Below are positions 28,545 to 37,857 of a stretch of DNA of 64,000 nucleotides, one piece after another; position 1 is the stretch's first letter; each line of letters starts with the position of its first letter. The notes below the pieces were generated by a model, which worked only from the letters and a program-made list of their open reading frames with translations, had not been told where the DNA came from and did no database searches. The stretch is from an uncultured Spirochaetaceae bacterium (GTDB lineage Bacteria > Spirochaetota > Spirochaetia > SZUA-6 > DRHE01). The stretch covers positions 30,326 to 94,325 of the forward strand of contig CAYMGP010000002.1 in the NCBI GenBank assembly GCA_964390045.1, read 5' to 3'. The position numbers were made by a program, and so were the translations under genes.

Positions 28545-29240
28545 TCAGGATTCTTGCACTACGACGGGGCTCGGCCCGCTATCCGTCGGTTCCGTTCCTG
28601 AGATTTTTGCGATTTCCATAGTATCGGACAACATCTGCTCGAAGGATTGCAGCAAATGCTGTTCGTAGTCCAGGATACGAGCGACATGGTGGAGGGTGCT
28701 GTACGGTGTTCCCCGGCGCACCCGGTTGACGCCTGCGTTGTACATGGCCAGGGCAACCACCTTGTTTTTTCCCACCCCCAGGCAATAATTCAGGTGAGCC
28801 AGGCCGTGCTGAGCATTGATCTGCGGATTATAGAACTGTTCCTCCTCGAGCTTGGGGAAGGTTTTGGAGTTCAGCTGAAAAAGGCCCCGGTCAACCGAGC
28901 CGGTATTGCGGTTGAAAGCCTTGATGCGAAAGGAGCTCTCTCCCCATGCCAGAGAGAAGGCCAAAGATGTCGGAATGTTGTTGGCATCGGCCGCCGTGAG
29001 GATTGCCGTGGCAATCTCCCGGCTCTCCGTCACCCGTGTGTAGAAGTTTTCTACCAGCGGGCGGGTCAGCTCGTGCCTGTACAGATACAAGCCCGGCTCC
29101 ATCTCCTCGGGCTTGTCTGAAAGCATAAATGATACTGTCTCTCTCGTTAGGATCACAGGATGTTCTTCGGTTTTCCCGTGTGTGCTTCCCGAACAGGAGA
29201 GAAATATGATTGTAATGATAGTGTATATTGTTTTTTTCAT
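28545..29240 (-). CDS. lytic transglycosylase (SLT domain) lipoprotein
   Basis: Lipobox-like IFLSCSG and the SLT catalytic region AWGESSF...GLFQLN...YNAG. Confidence 0.75.
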   Translation of the reverse strand: MKKTIYTIITIIFLSCSGSTHGKTEEHPVILTRETVSFMLSDKPEEMEPGLYLYRHELTRPLVENFYTRVTESREIATAILTAADANNIPTSLAFSLAWGESSFRIKAFNRNTGSVDRGLFQLNSKTFPKLEEEQFYNPQINAQHGLAHLNYCLGVGKNKVVALAMYNAGVNRVRRGTPYSTLHHVARILDYEQHLLQSFEQMLSDTMEIAKISGTEPTDSGPSPVVVQES

Positions 29241-29327
29241 TACACTTTTTCCAGGAGGGCATTAGTTACTCATTTTTCGAGTAAAAGTCAATACTATTTG
29301 TAGCAACTAGAGGTGAGCCGGGGCTTT

Positions 29328-30404
29328 CTACTTCTGAACGGTAATCCGGTTTCGCCCCATTTCTTTGGATTGGTACAGGGCTTTGTCCGCTTCGGCGATG
29401 AGTTGGGAGGCCGAGCGCATGCGGGCCGGCTTGAACTCCGCCACTCCAATAGACACAGTGACGTGCAGAGGACCCTCCTCTCCGGAAAAAGAATACTGCT
29501 CTACTGTTTTGCGAATGCGCTCCGCCACTACAATTGCACCCTTTGCTTTCACTTCCGGAAGAACGACGGCGAACTCTTCTCCTCCGTAGCGGGCGGTGAA
29601 GTCTATGTTCCGCACCGAGCCACGGAGGATCTTGGCAAGCTCCTTGATGATGAGGTCTCCCTGAAGGTGGCCGTAGGTGTCGTTGAACTTCTTGAAGTGA
29701 TCGATATCGATCATGATCAGGCTTAGGGTCGTACCGTAGCGGTGGGCACGGGCGATTTCCTCCTCCAGATTCTGTTGAAAATAATGGTGAGAAAAAAGTT
29801 TCGTCATTCTGTCCGTGGTCGCCTGCCAGTAGAGGTTGGCGTTTTCTATGGCTATCGAAGCGAAACGCACGATCTGGGTCATGTACTGGATGTCCAGCAG
29901 GGAGTACGAACCTCCCTCAGCTTTGCCGGGCAGAAGGATGAGCCCGCAGACCCCCTTGTCTGTTCTGAGAGGAACCACGATATCCGGTGAAAGTGTCTGC
30001 AGCTGCTTGGTAGTCCCTGCATCTCTAAAGTTGTCTTTGAAGTAGGAGAAGGAGATTTGATTGTACTCGTCCTGCTCGAGGAAGGAGATGATAGAGCCCA
30101 GGTTCGAGATCTTCAGGGTGAGTTTTTCCCTCTTCAATCCTTTGAAGTGGTAGAGATTGGGCAGGTTTTCGTCGAGATCGTTGGGCAGGATGACAGTGAC
30201 CGTGGAAGCTTGGAATTTTGCCACGAAGCTCAGCACGACGTTCTTTACTATATTTTCTATATCCAGTTGAGCTGTGATCTGCGAGCCAATTTCAATAATC
30301 TCCTTCAGATCCTGGTTTCCCAACTCCATAGGCATCTGATGGAGCTCTTCATGTGCGCTGCTCATCGCTGGCATATTATATTCCGAAATCATATATCGTG
30401 CCAA
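29328..30404 (-). CDS. GAF-domain diguanylate cyclase (GGDEF)
   Basis: 358 aa. C-terminal GGDEF domain with an intact RNIDFTARYGGEEF (I-site plus active site). N-terminal GAF-like domain. Confidence 0.85.
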   Translation of the reverse strand: MARYMISEYNMPAMSSAHEELHQMPMELGNQDLKEIIEIGSQITAQLDIENIVKNVVLSFVAKFQASTVTVILPNDLDENLPNLYHFKGLKREKLTLKISNLGSIISFLEQDEYNQISFSYFKDNFRDAGTTKQLQTLSPDIVVPLRTDKGVCGLILLPGKAEGGSYSLLDIQYMTQIVRFASIAIENANLYWQATTDRMTKLFSHHYFQQNLEEEIARAHRYGTTLSLIMIDIDHFKKFNDTYGHLQGDLIIKELAKILRGSVRNIDFTARYGGEEFAVVLPEVKAKGAIVVAERIRKTVEQYSFSGEEGPLHVTVSIGVAEFKPARMRSASQLIAEADKALYQSKEMGRNRITVQK

Positions 30405-30442
30405 CCTGAATCGTGACTAGGCTGCCCGTCGGTTCCTGCCTG

Positions 30443-30472
30443 TTGCACGGGGGCCGGCAATTGGCCTACAAT
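30443..30472 (+). promoter_or_regulatory. putative sigma70-type promoter (TTGCAC, 18 nt spacer, TACAAT)
   Basis: TTGCAC at 30443-30448 and TACAAT at 30467-30472, 17 nt upstream of the ATG at 30490. Confidence 0.45.
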
Positions 30473-30489
30473 GATGGTGGGATCGATCC

Positions 30490-31044
30490 ATGAGAAAACT
30501 GATTCAACAGTACGCAAAGGATTTAACGGCCGGACGTCTGGCTTCAGGCTACGAGCACTCCTACCGCATCTATCTCCTGGCCCGCAAAATCGGTGAGGGA
30601 ATGGAGTACGATGATGAGACCCTGCACGCCGCCTGTTTCCTTCACGATGTGGAGATGAGCTCGGGACATCCCCAGAGCTCTGCCGAAAAAGCCAGGGCAA
30701 TTTTGTGCGAAACAGGTTTTGCTCCCGGTAAAATCGACTCCGTATACGAAGCGATTCTGAACCACATGCCCGGCAGCGAGCAGGAGGAGCTGAGCACGGA
30801 GTGTAAGCTCCTGCACGACGCCAATCTTCTCGAGACCATTGGTGCTGTGGGTTTCGCGCGTCTGGCTATCGGCTCCTTCTTCTGGCATCACCTGAAGACA
30901 ATGAGGGATGTGATCGATCTTCTCAAGCGCTGGCTGAAATACGCGGACAACTTATATTTTCAAAAGAGCAGGAAACTTGCGAAGAAGAAGATAGAATTCC
31001 TCGCTTTGGCCATCTCAGAGTACGAAAGAGAGCTTCGCCTGTAA
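30490..31044 (+). CDS. HD-domain phosphohydrolase
   Basis: 184 aa with H...HD signature (HSYRIYLLA...ACFLHDVE). Confidence 0.6.
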   Translation: MRKLIQQYAKDLTAGRLASGYEHSYRIYLLARKIGEGMEYDDETLHAACFLHDVEMSSGHPQSSAEKARAILCETGFAPGKIDSVYEAILNHMPGSEQEELSTECKLLHDANLLETIGAVGFARLAIGSFFWHHLKTMRDVIDLLKRWLKYADNLYFQKSRKLAKKKIEFLALAISEYERELRL

Positions 31045-31093
31045 CCCCGGGGTCTTGACAAGGGGTTAGCAAATTCCAATTCTATGGGTTACT

Positions 31094-32299
31094 ATGTCCT
31101 CTCTCGTAAGACGATTCGTTTCCCAGGGACACTTCGTCGATTCCGGTCTGCTCACAGGCATGCTGAACCTCATCATCGAAGAGGGCGCCGATTACAGGGT
31201 TGTCGAGTTCCGTCTGGGTAAGACCAACCAGGATGTATCGCATCTTGAGCTGGAGCTTCACTGCGGCACTGCCGAGCAGCTCGCTGAAATTACGGCCAAG
31301 CTGATCGATTTGGGCTGCTACGAGAGATCCGCCCCCGAAGGGGTGTTCAGACGGGCTTCGAAAGACGGCTGTGCTCCCGAGGATTTCTACTCCAGTACGC
31401 ATCACCGAACCCAGGTGTTCGTGAATGGTACCTGGCGAGAGGTGAGCAACCAGAGGATGGACGGAGTCATCGTGGAGCAGGGAGAAGAGCTGATCTGCAA
31501 GAAGCTGAGGGATGTAGAGGAGGGGGAGACGGTGCTCTGCGGCTCTGAATCGGTTCGGCTTCTGCCCACGTTTCGGGATAGGAAGAGCGGTGCTTTTGGC
31601 TTCATGACCAACGAAGTCTCCTCGGAACGAAGTGTCGAGGTTGCTGTGCAAAAGACAGCCGAGGAGCTCGAGGCCTGCAAAGAAGCGGGACAGCGATGCG
31701 TCGTGGTGGCGGGACCGGTGGTTGTGCATACCGGAGGCGCTCCCGCGCTTGCCGCTTTGATTCGGGGCGGGTATGTACAGGGTTTGCTTTCCGGAAACGC
31801 CCTGGCCGTACACGATGTAGAGTCGGTTCTGTACGGTACCTCTCTCGGGGTGGATCTAAAGTCGGGAAAGCCCCTGGACCAGGGCCACCGAAACCACATG
31901 CGGGCCATTAATTGGATTCAGAGTTTTGGTTCTCTGAAAGCGGCGGTCTCGGATGGCAAGCTCGACAGGGGAATTATGTATGAGATTTTTCGTGCCGGGG
32001 TGCCTTTTGCCCTGGCCGGATCGATACGGGACGACGGACCGTTGCCGGAAACGGTGACAGATGTTATCGAGGCGCAGCGCCGCTACGAGGAAATACTGCG
32101 GGACGCTTCTCTGGTGTTGATGCTGGGAACCATGCTGCACTCGGCTATACGCACGATTTGCGTGGATATCCAGCCGGCGGTGATAACCAAGCTCATGGAT
32201 CGCGGCTCGGCCCATACAATCGGAATTGTAACGGACGTGGGCCTGTATTTACGCCCGTTGGCGACGAAACTGATTTGGAGTATTGGGAATGGAACGTGA
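31094..32299 (+). CDS. TIGR00300 / LOR-SDH conserved-region family protein
   Basis: 401 aa. N-terminus ..GHFVDSGLLTGMLNLIIEEGADYRVVEFRLGK.. and C-terminus ..VDIQPAVITKLMDRGSAHTIGIVTDVGLYL resemble this mostly archaeal and cyanobacterial family. Assignment is from memory. Confidence 0.6.
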   Translation: MSSLVRRFVSQGHFVDSGLLTGMLNLIIEEGADYRVVEFRLGKTNQDVSHLELELHCGTAEQLAEITAKLIDLGCYERSAPEGVFRRASKDGCAPEDFYSSTHHRTQVFVNGTWREVSNQRMDGVIVEQGEELICKKLRDVEEGETVLCGSESVRLLPTFRDRKSGAFGFMTNEVSSERSVEVAVQKTAEELEACKEAGQRCVVVAGPVVVHTGGAPALAALIRGGYVQGLLSGNALAVHDVESVLYGTSLGVDLKSGKPLDQGHRNHMRAINWIQSFGSLKAAVSDGKLDRGIMYEIFRAGVPFALAGSIRDDGPLPETVTDVIEAQRRYEEILRDASLVLMLGTMLHSAIRTICVDIQPAVITKLMDRGSAHTIGIVTDVGLYLRPLATKLIWSIGNGT

Positions 32300-33845
32300 A
32301 AAACGTGAGCAATTGATAAAGGGACTCCACCCTCTCGAGGTGCGGGTTTTGCTGGGCTTCGGAAGCGGCGATCGGATCACAACGGAAGCGCTGCAGCAAG
32401 AGCTCGGGTACAAGCTCGGTCAGTGCAATCAGGCCTTTGCCTGGCTTTCAGCCAAGCTGTTGATCGAGGAGACGGAACGAAGCAAACGACTCGAGTATTC
32501 GATCACCGATCTGGGCCGGCAGTATCGAGAGCAGGGTACCCCTGAGGAGCGTGTCCTGTCCCTGGTCAGCGAGCAAGGGTCTCTGACCTTGCCGCAGATC
32601 GCCGAAAGACTGGGATTGGAGAATCGAGACATAGGCTCGGCCTACGGCGCATTGGCCAAGAGAGGTCTTGTTTCGATGAACGAGAGCAGGCAGGTAACGC
32701 TGCGCCCGGAATCTGCTCCTGCGGATTTCAAGCCCCTCAGGGATCTTCTCGGGATATTCGATGGCCGACAAACCGTGACGGAGCAGGATCTCGACTCCGA
32801 GCAGGCCGATCTGATTCGCTCGCTGAGCCGCAAGCGCGGTGCTGACAGGGGTATGTTCAGGGCGGTCGAGCGGGAAAAGGTAAGCTACAGAATCACATCC
32901 GAAGGCCTCGCGTTGGCAGCGCAGCTCCGTCGGCTGGGCATGACAGGAGAGGAGATAGGACAGATCACTCCCGAGCTGCTGCGCAGTGAGGAGTGGAAAA
33001 ACTCCTCTTTTCGCGGTTACAACATCAATATACCACCCCTGCGGGTGCTGCTGGGCCGCAAGAATCCGTACGTGGAGTTCCTCGAGGACGTGAAGGATAA
33101 GCTGAGCGCGCTCGGCTTTGAGGAGTTCGACGGACCTCTGCTGGAGACGGAGTTCTGGAACTGCGATGCTCTGTTTATGCCCCAATTTCATGCTGCCCGG
33201 GACATCCATGACGTGTACTATGTGAAAGAACCGACCCACGCCATGGAAATCGAGCAACCCTATTTGGACCGGGTGGCCGGCTGCCATGAAAACGGCTGGA
33301 CTACGGGCAGCCTCGGTTGGCGCTATCCTTTCGACAGGGACTTTACCCGGAGGATGATCCTGCGCAGTCAGGGCACCGTGCTTTCCGCCAAGACCCTTCC
33401 CCGAGCCAAGGTACCGGGCCGCTATTTCGGTGTGGTGCGCTGTTTTCGCTACGACAGGGTAGATGCCACCCATCTGGCTGATTTCTACCAGACGGAGGGA
33501 ATCGCTTTGGGGGAGAATGTTAATCTCAAGACCCTGCTGGGCTTGCTCAAGATGTTCGCCGTAGAGGTGGCCGGTGCCAAAGAGTTCCGTTTTGCGCCCG
33601 GGTATTTTCCCTTCACCGAACCGTCAGTGGAGATACATATACGCCATCCCGAGCTGGGGTGGTTCGAGCTGGGCGGCTCGGGCATATTCCGGCCGGAAGT
33701 GACGGAGCCTTTGGGAATCAAGGTGCCTGTGCTGGCCTGGGGTCTGGGCATTGACCGGATGGCCCTTGTTGCCCTTGGCTTGAACGATCTGCGGGAGCTC
33801 TTCACTGCCGATATCGAGAAGGTACGCCTGCGGAGAAGGAGATAG
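32289..33845 (+). CDS. pheS: phenylalanine--tRNA ligase alpha subunit, archaeal/eukaryal type
   Basis: 518 aa (bacterial PheS is about 330-350 aa). N-terminal winged-helix repeats and a C-terminal class II core (..GGSGIFRPEV..). Overlaps the upstream gene by 11 nt. Confidence 0.85.
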   Translation: MEREKREQLIKGLHPLEVRVLLGFGSGDRITTEALQQELGYKLGQCNQAFAWLSAKLLIEETERSKRLEYSITDLGRQYREQGTPEERVLSLVSEQGSLTLPQIAERLGLENRDIGSAYGALAKRGLVSMNESRQVTLRPESAPADFKPLRDLLGIFDGRQTVTEQDLDSEQADLIRSLSRKRGADRGMFRAVEREKVSYRITSEGLALAAQLRRLGMTGEEIGQITPELLRSEEWKNSSFRGYNINIPPLRVLLGRKNPYVEFLEDVKDKLSALGFEEFDGPLLETEFWNCDALFMPQFHAARDIHDVYYVKEPTHAMEIEQPYLDRVAGCHENGWTTGSLGWRYPFDRDFTRRMILRSQGTVLSAKTLPRAKVPGRYFGVVRCFRYDRVDATHLADFYQTEGIALGENVNLKTLLGLLKMFAVEVAGAKEFRFAPGYFPFTEPSVEIHIRHPELGWFELGGSGIFRPEVTEPLGIKVPVLAWGLGIDRMALVALGLNDLRELFTADIEKVRLRRRR

Positions 33846-33848
33846 ACG

Positions 33849-35567
33849 GTGCCGAAGATCGAACTACAGGAAAAAAGATTTTTTGAGATGCTTGGCCGCA
33901 GGCCGAACTACGAGGAGTTCACAGAGCTGCTCGCCGTGGCCAAGGCGGAAATCGACGATTGGAATGCCGAGGAGAACGTCCTCAAAATCGAGCTCAATGA
34001 TACAAATCGTCCGGATCTCTGGTCCGGTCCGGGACTGAACCGCCAGCTTCGCGTCTACCTGGAGGGAAAGATTCCTCAATATCCCTTCTTTTCGGTCGAA
34101 GGAGCGCCCCGGGCCCATGAGGAGAGGGTGATCAAGGTGGACAAGGCACTCAAGGCTGTCCGGCCTTTTATTGCCGCGTTTATCGCCAAAGGCGTACCTG
34201 TCAGCGAGCCGATGCTGGTGGATATGATCGACGCCCAGGAAAAGCTCTGCCTGAACTTCGGACGCAAGCGGGCTACGATAGCCATGGGAGTCTACAGGGC
34301 CGACCTGATGAAGTTTCCCGTCCACTATCGGGCCGCAGACCCGGAGGCGACCAGCTTTGTTCCTCTCGATTACAGTTGGGAGATGTCGCTGAGGCAGATC
34401 CTCAAAGAGCATCCCAAAGGGCTGGAGTTCGGATGGATCGTAGAGAACTTCGAACGCTTTCCCTACCTCGAAGATGACCAGGGACAAACTTTGAGTTTTC
34501 CTCCGATCATCAACAGCGCCCACCTTGGGGCGGTCCAGGTAGGAGATTCCCATCACTTCATCGAGCTCACCGGACCCGATCTGGACAGCCTGCTTGTAGC
34601 CTGTTCGATCACAGCCTGTGACTTCTCCGATCTGGGCTACGAGATCTTACCCGTGCGGGTCGAATATCCCTACGACACCTCGTATGGGCGGGAGATCGTC
34701 ACCCCTTACTATTTTCAGAGACCTCTTTCTGTGAAGGTGAGTGACGCCTCGAAGCTGCTGGGCGAGGAGATCGACCCCGAGGAGGCGGAGGAGCATATCC
34801 GCAGAATGGGCAGCCCCGTACAGCGCTCCGGTGATACTCTGACGGTGAGCCCGCCGCCGTATCGCAACGACTTTCTGCATCCTGTGGATGTGATCGAAGA
34901 AATCATGATCGGTCGCGGAATGAACAGTTTCGAGCCCGTCTGGCCCGAGGATTTCACGGTGGGCAGGTTGACGCCGATGGAGCACTTCAGCCGCCAGGTG
35001 CGGGAGATCCTCGTCGGTCTAGGCTATCAGGAGATGATCTACAACTATCTCGGCTCCCGTCGGGATTTCGTTGAGCGGATGAACGTAGGCGGCGAGGAGA
35101 TCATCGAGATCGCCAATCCGATGAGCACGAGCTACCAGCTGTTGCGCAGCTCCCAGCTTCCCAATTTGTTGGGCTCCGAGTCGATTTCCTCCAATGCCGT
35201 GTATCCGCACCGGATCTTCGAGGTCGGAAAAGTGGTGTATCGAGACGCCGGGGAGAACTACGGCTCCAAAACGGTTACGCTAGCCAGCTACCTGTTCAGC
35301 GACAGGGAAGCGAGTTTCAACGACGTGAACTCCCACCTTGCTGCTCTGTTTTTCTATCTGTCGAGGAGCTACGATTTACAGGATGTGGAGGACCCTCGCT
35401 TTGTAGCGGGACGCGTGGGGGCGGTGTATTGCGAAGGCAAGAGAGTCGGCTTAGTGGGAGAGGTGCATCCGGCGGTCTTGGAAAACTGGAGCATTCAGAT
35501 GCCCTGTGCGGTAGCGGAGATCGAGCTGGAAGAGCTTCTCGAAACGGAATCAAGAAAGGAGCAGTAG
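33849..35567 (+). CDS. pheT: phenylalanine--tRNA ligase beta subunit, archaeal/eukaryal type
   Basis: 572 aa (bacterial PheT is about 800 aa). GTG start 3 nt after the pheS stop. B3/4 and B5 domain-like regions. Confidence 0.85.
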   Translation: MPKIELQEKRFFEMLGRRPNYEEFTELLAVAKAEIDDWNAEENVLKIELNDTNRPDLWSGPGLNRQLRVYLEGKIPQYPFFSVEGAPRAHEERVIKVDKALKAVRPFIAAFIAKGVPVSEPMLVDMIDAQEKLCLNFGRKRATIAMGVYRADLMKFPVHYRAADPEATSFVPLDYSWEMSLRQILKEHPKGLEFGWIVENFERFPYLEDDQGQTLSFPPIINSAHLGAVQVGDSHHFIELTGPDLDSLLVACSITACDFSDLGYEILPVRVEYPYDTSYGREIVTPYYFQRPLSVKVSDASKLLGEEIDPEEAEEHIRRMGSPVQRSGDTLTVSPPPYRNDFLHPVDVIEEIMIGRGMNSFEPVWPEDFTVGRLTPMEHFSRQVREILVGLGYQEMIYNYLGSRRDFVERMNVGGEEIIEIANPMSTSYQLLRSSQLPNLLGSESISSNAVYPHRIFEVGKVVYRDAGENYGSKTVTLASYLFSDREASFNDVNSHLAALFFYLSRSYDLQDVEDPRFVAGRVGAVYCEGKRVGLVGEVHPAVLENWSIQMPCAVAEIELEELLETESRKEQ

Positions 35568-36056
35568 ATGGCTTTTGAAGTTCAAGCTGTGGATCTCAAG
35601 TGGGAGCAAGGCTGCAACATAGTTGTCGGGCAGTCCCATTTCATAAAGACGGTCGAGGATATCGCGGAGATCATGAACTCCTCGGTTCCGGGGATTGAAT
35701 ACGGGCTGGCTTTCTGTGAAGCTTCCGATCTCTGCCTGATTCGTACGGAGGGAAACGACGCGACTTTGGTCGAGCAGGCGACTGAATGTGCCCGCCGGGT
35801 CGGCGCCGGGCATAGTTTCTATCTTGTCCTGCGCAAGGCTTTTCCTATCAACGTGCTCAACCAAATCAAAGCCTGCCAGGAGGTGGCCCGCATCTTCTGC
35901 GCCACGGCCAATCCCCTCCAGGTACTGTTCGTGGAGACCGAGCAGGGACGGGGAATCGTCGGGGTGGTGGACGGTTTTTCGCCAAAAGGCGTCGAAGGCC
36001 CGGAAGAAAAGAAGGCCCGCAAAGAGCTCCTGCGCAGGTTCGGGTATAAGTTCTAA
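35568..36056 (+). CDS. adenosine-specific kinase family protein (PF04008-like)
   Basis: 162 aa. ATG immediately follows the pheT stop. MAFEVQAVDL..GQSHFIKTVEDI.. resembles the small archaeal PAE2307-type family. Assignment is from memory. Confidence 0.55.
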   Translation: MAFEVQAVDLKWEQGCNIVVGQSHFIKTVEDIAEIMNSSVPGIEYGLAFCEASDLCLIRTEGNDATLVEQATECARRVGAGHSFYLVLRKAFPINVLNQIKACQEVARIFCATANPLQVLFVETEQGRGIVGVVDGFSPKGVEGPEEKKARKELLRRFGYKF

Positions 36057-36722
36057 CTAACGGAATTTGTCCACGCCGATCCGGGGGCAGTGCCGAGCGA
36101 TCGGGCAAAGAGAGCACTTCGGGCTGATCGGGGTGCAGAGACTTTGCCCGAAGCGAACGAGCAATTCGTTGATCTGAATCCAAAATTTTCGGGGAAGTAT
36201 CTTTTCCAATTCAAGCTCGGTTTGCTCCGGGGTCTTTGTCTGTACCCAGCCGAGGCGGTTGGAGGTGCGGTGAACGTGGGTATCTACACAGATCCCATCC
36301 AACCCGTAGCCCAGATTGCGCACCAGGTTGGCCGTTTTTCTTCCTACACCGGGCAGCGCGGTCAGCTCTTCCATGGAGCGCGGCACACGGGCGCCATGCC
36401 GAGTGACTAGTATTTTTGCCATTTTTTTAAGGTTTTTTGCTTTGGTGTTGTAGAATCCGGCCGGGTAGATGAGGCGGGCGATCTTCGACTCGCCGAGCCC
36501 GGCCAGGGTTTCTGGCTCCGGCGCCAGAGACAAAAGCCTCTCAGAGGCAGCCCCCGTGACCTCGTCTTTCGTTCTCAGAGAGATCATGGTGGATACCAGC
36601 ACTGCGAAGGGGTCGGCTCTGCGATTGGCGACCTGCGAAACGGCGGGCAGCCGGGAACCCCGCAGGTACTCCCACAGCTTTTCTATAATCTCATCCCAGG
36701 GAACAGATCGTTCGCCACTCAC
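36057..36722 (-). CDS. nth: endonuclease III
   Basis: HhH-GPD motif LPGVGRKTANLV..VDTHVHR and C-terminal Fe-S cysteines CTPISPKCSLCPIARHC. Confidence 0.85.
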   Translation of the reverse strand: MSGERSVPWDEIIEKLWEYLRGSRLPAVSQVANRRADPFAVLVSTMISLRTKDEVTGAASERLLSLAPEPETLAGLGESKIARLIYPAGFYNTKAKNLKKMAKILVTRHGARVPRSMEELTALPGVGRKTANLVRNLGYGLDGICVDTHVHRTSNRLGWVQTKTPEQTELELEKILPRKFWIQINELLVRFGQSLCTPISPKCSLCPIARHCPRIGVDKFR

Positions 36723-37192
36723 GGGCCGTCCACCAGGGCCACGGCATAGGCTTCTATGGCCCGGCCTTTACCGGTCTCGTCGATGCCTTCCTTTGTCTTG
36801 GCTTTGACGGAGATCGAGCCTGAGGGAATCTTGAGATCGGCGCTGAGGTTGCTTCTCATCTGATCGATGTACGGAGCCAGGCGAGGGGACTCGAGAACGA
36901 CCGTGCAATCTGCATTCATCGGGCTGTACCCGGCTTTGGAAATCGCCTCCAAAGTTCGTTTGAGGAGGATTCGGCTCGATATACCGCGGTACCTCTCATC
37001 GGAGGGAGGAAAAAGGAGACCGATGTCGCCCAAAGCGCAGGCTCCGAGCAGGGCGTCGATCAGGGCGTGGATCAGGACGTCGCCGTCCGAATGAGCTTCG
37101 GGACCCAGGGACGAGTCGATCTCAACCCCGCCCAGAATCAGGGTTCTACCGGCGACCAGTCTGTGAATATCGTATCCGAAGCCGATTCTCAT
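36719..37192 (-). CDS. ispF: 2-C-methyl-D-erythritol 2,4-cyclodiphosphate synthase
   Basis: 157 aa from MRIGFGYDIHRL.., with HSDGDVLIHA. ATGA overlap with the ispD stop. The ORF-track 5' extension to 37477 is rejected. Confidence 0.9.
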   Translation of the reverse strand: MRIGFGYDIHRLVAGRTLILGGVEIDSSLGPEAHSDGDVLIHALIDALLGACALGDIGLLFPPSDERYRGISSRILLKRTLEAISKAGYSPMNADCTVVLESPRLAPYIDQMRSNLSADLKIPSGSISVKAKTKEGIDETGKGRAIEAYAVALVDGP

Positions 37193-37857
37193 GGCATATC
37201 CACGTCTTCCCTGAAGGTGATCTTTCTGTTTGAGCGTTCGCCGCTGACCGTGTACACGGGGGTCCAGAAGGCGGCGTACACTTCGGCGTCGTCGAGGAAA
37301 ACGCGAGATGAACCCTGAGCCTTTCTGTGGGCGGAGAGAATCTTTTGATAGTCGAAGCCCTGAGGCGTCTGGGCGAATCTCACCTGCTTTTTTGCCAGAT
37401 CCTCGAGGATTTGCCCGGATGGGCCGACCCTCTTTGGGGCTTCCGAGCCCTCCATAACAGGAATACAAGCCCCCCATCTTCTGGAACCTTCAAGGACCCG
37501 CTGGACGAGCTTCCGGCTTACCCACGGACGAGCCCCATCGTGGATTAAAACGTGCTGCGGGCGTCGCTCCTCAAGTGCCTCCAATCCGAGGCGAACAGAA
37601 TCCTGACGGGTGTTCCCTCCCGGGGCAAAGAGGATGTCGCGGGAAGGGAAGAAGGGCTGAAGCAATTTCTTCACAGCGGCGATATCGGCTGCAGGAAGGG
37701 TCACCACGATATCCACGGAATCGCTGATTTCAAAAAACGGCTTGATAGCCCAGGCCAGCACAGGCCGGTCTTCGAGGTGAAAATACTCTTTTTTCTCGCT
37801 GTCTGCCCAGCGACGACTGGCTCCAGCGGCAGTGATAACGGCCGCTACGGTATTCAA
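37189..37857 (-). CDS. ispD: 2-C-methyl-D-erythritol 4-phosphate cytidylyltransferase
   Basis: 222 aa with AVITAAGASRR motif. Sits between carD and ispF. Confidence 0.85.
   Translation of the reverse strand: MNTVAAVITAAGASRRWADSEKKEYFHLEDRPVLAWAIKPFFEISDSVDIVVTLPAADIAAVKKLLQPFFPSRDILFAPGGNTRQDSVRLGLEALEERRPQHVLIHDGARPWVSRKLVQRVLEGSRRWGACIPVMEGSEAPKRVGPSGQILEDLAKKQVRFAQTPQGFDYQKILSAHRKAQGSSRVFLDDAEVYAAFWTPVYTVSGERSNRKITFREDVDMP

Noticed and set aside
27176-28621. 481-aa plus-strand ORF opposite the DAHPS-PDT gene
   Set aside because: The minus-strand frame carries clear DAHPS, PDT and ACT motifs. The plus-strand translation is low-information and Arg/Gly/His-rich.
37193-37477. 5' extension of the ispF ORF (252 aa in the track)
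   Set aside because: It overlaps ispD. The canonical IspF N-terminus MRIGFGYDIHRL starts at 37192, with an ATGA overlap to the ispD stop.
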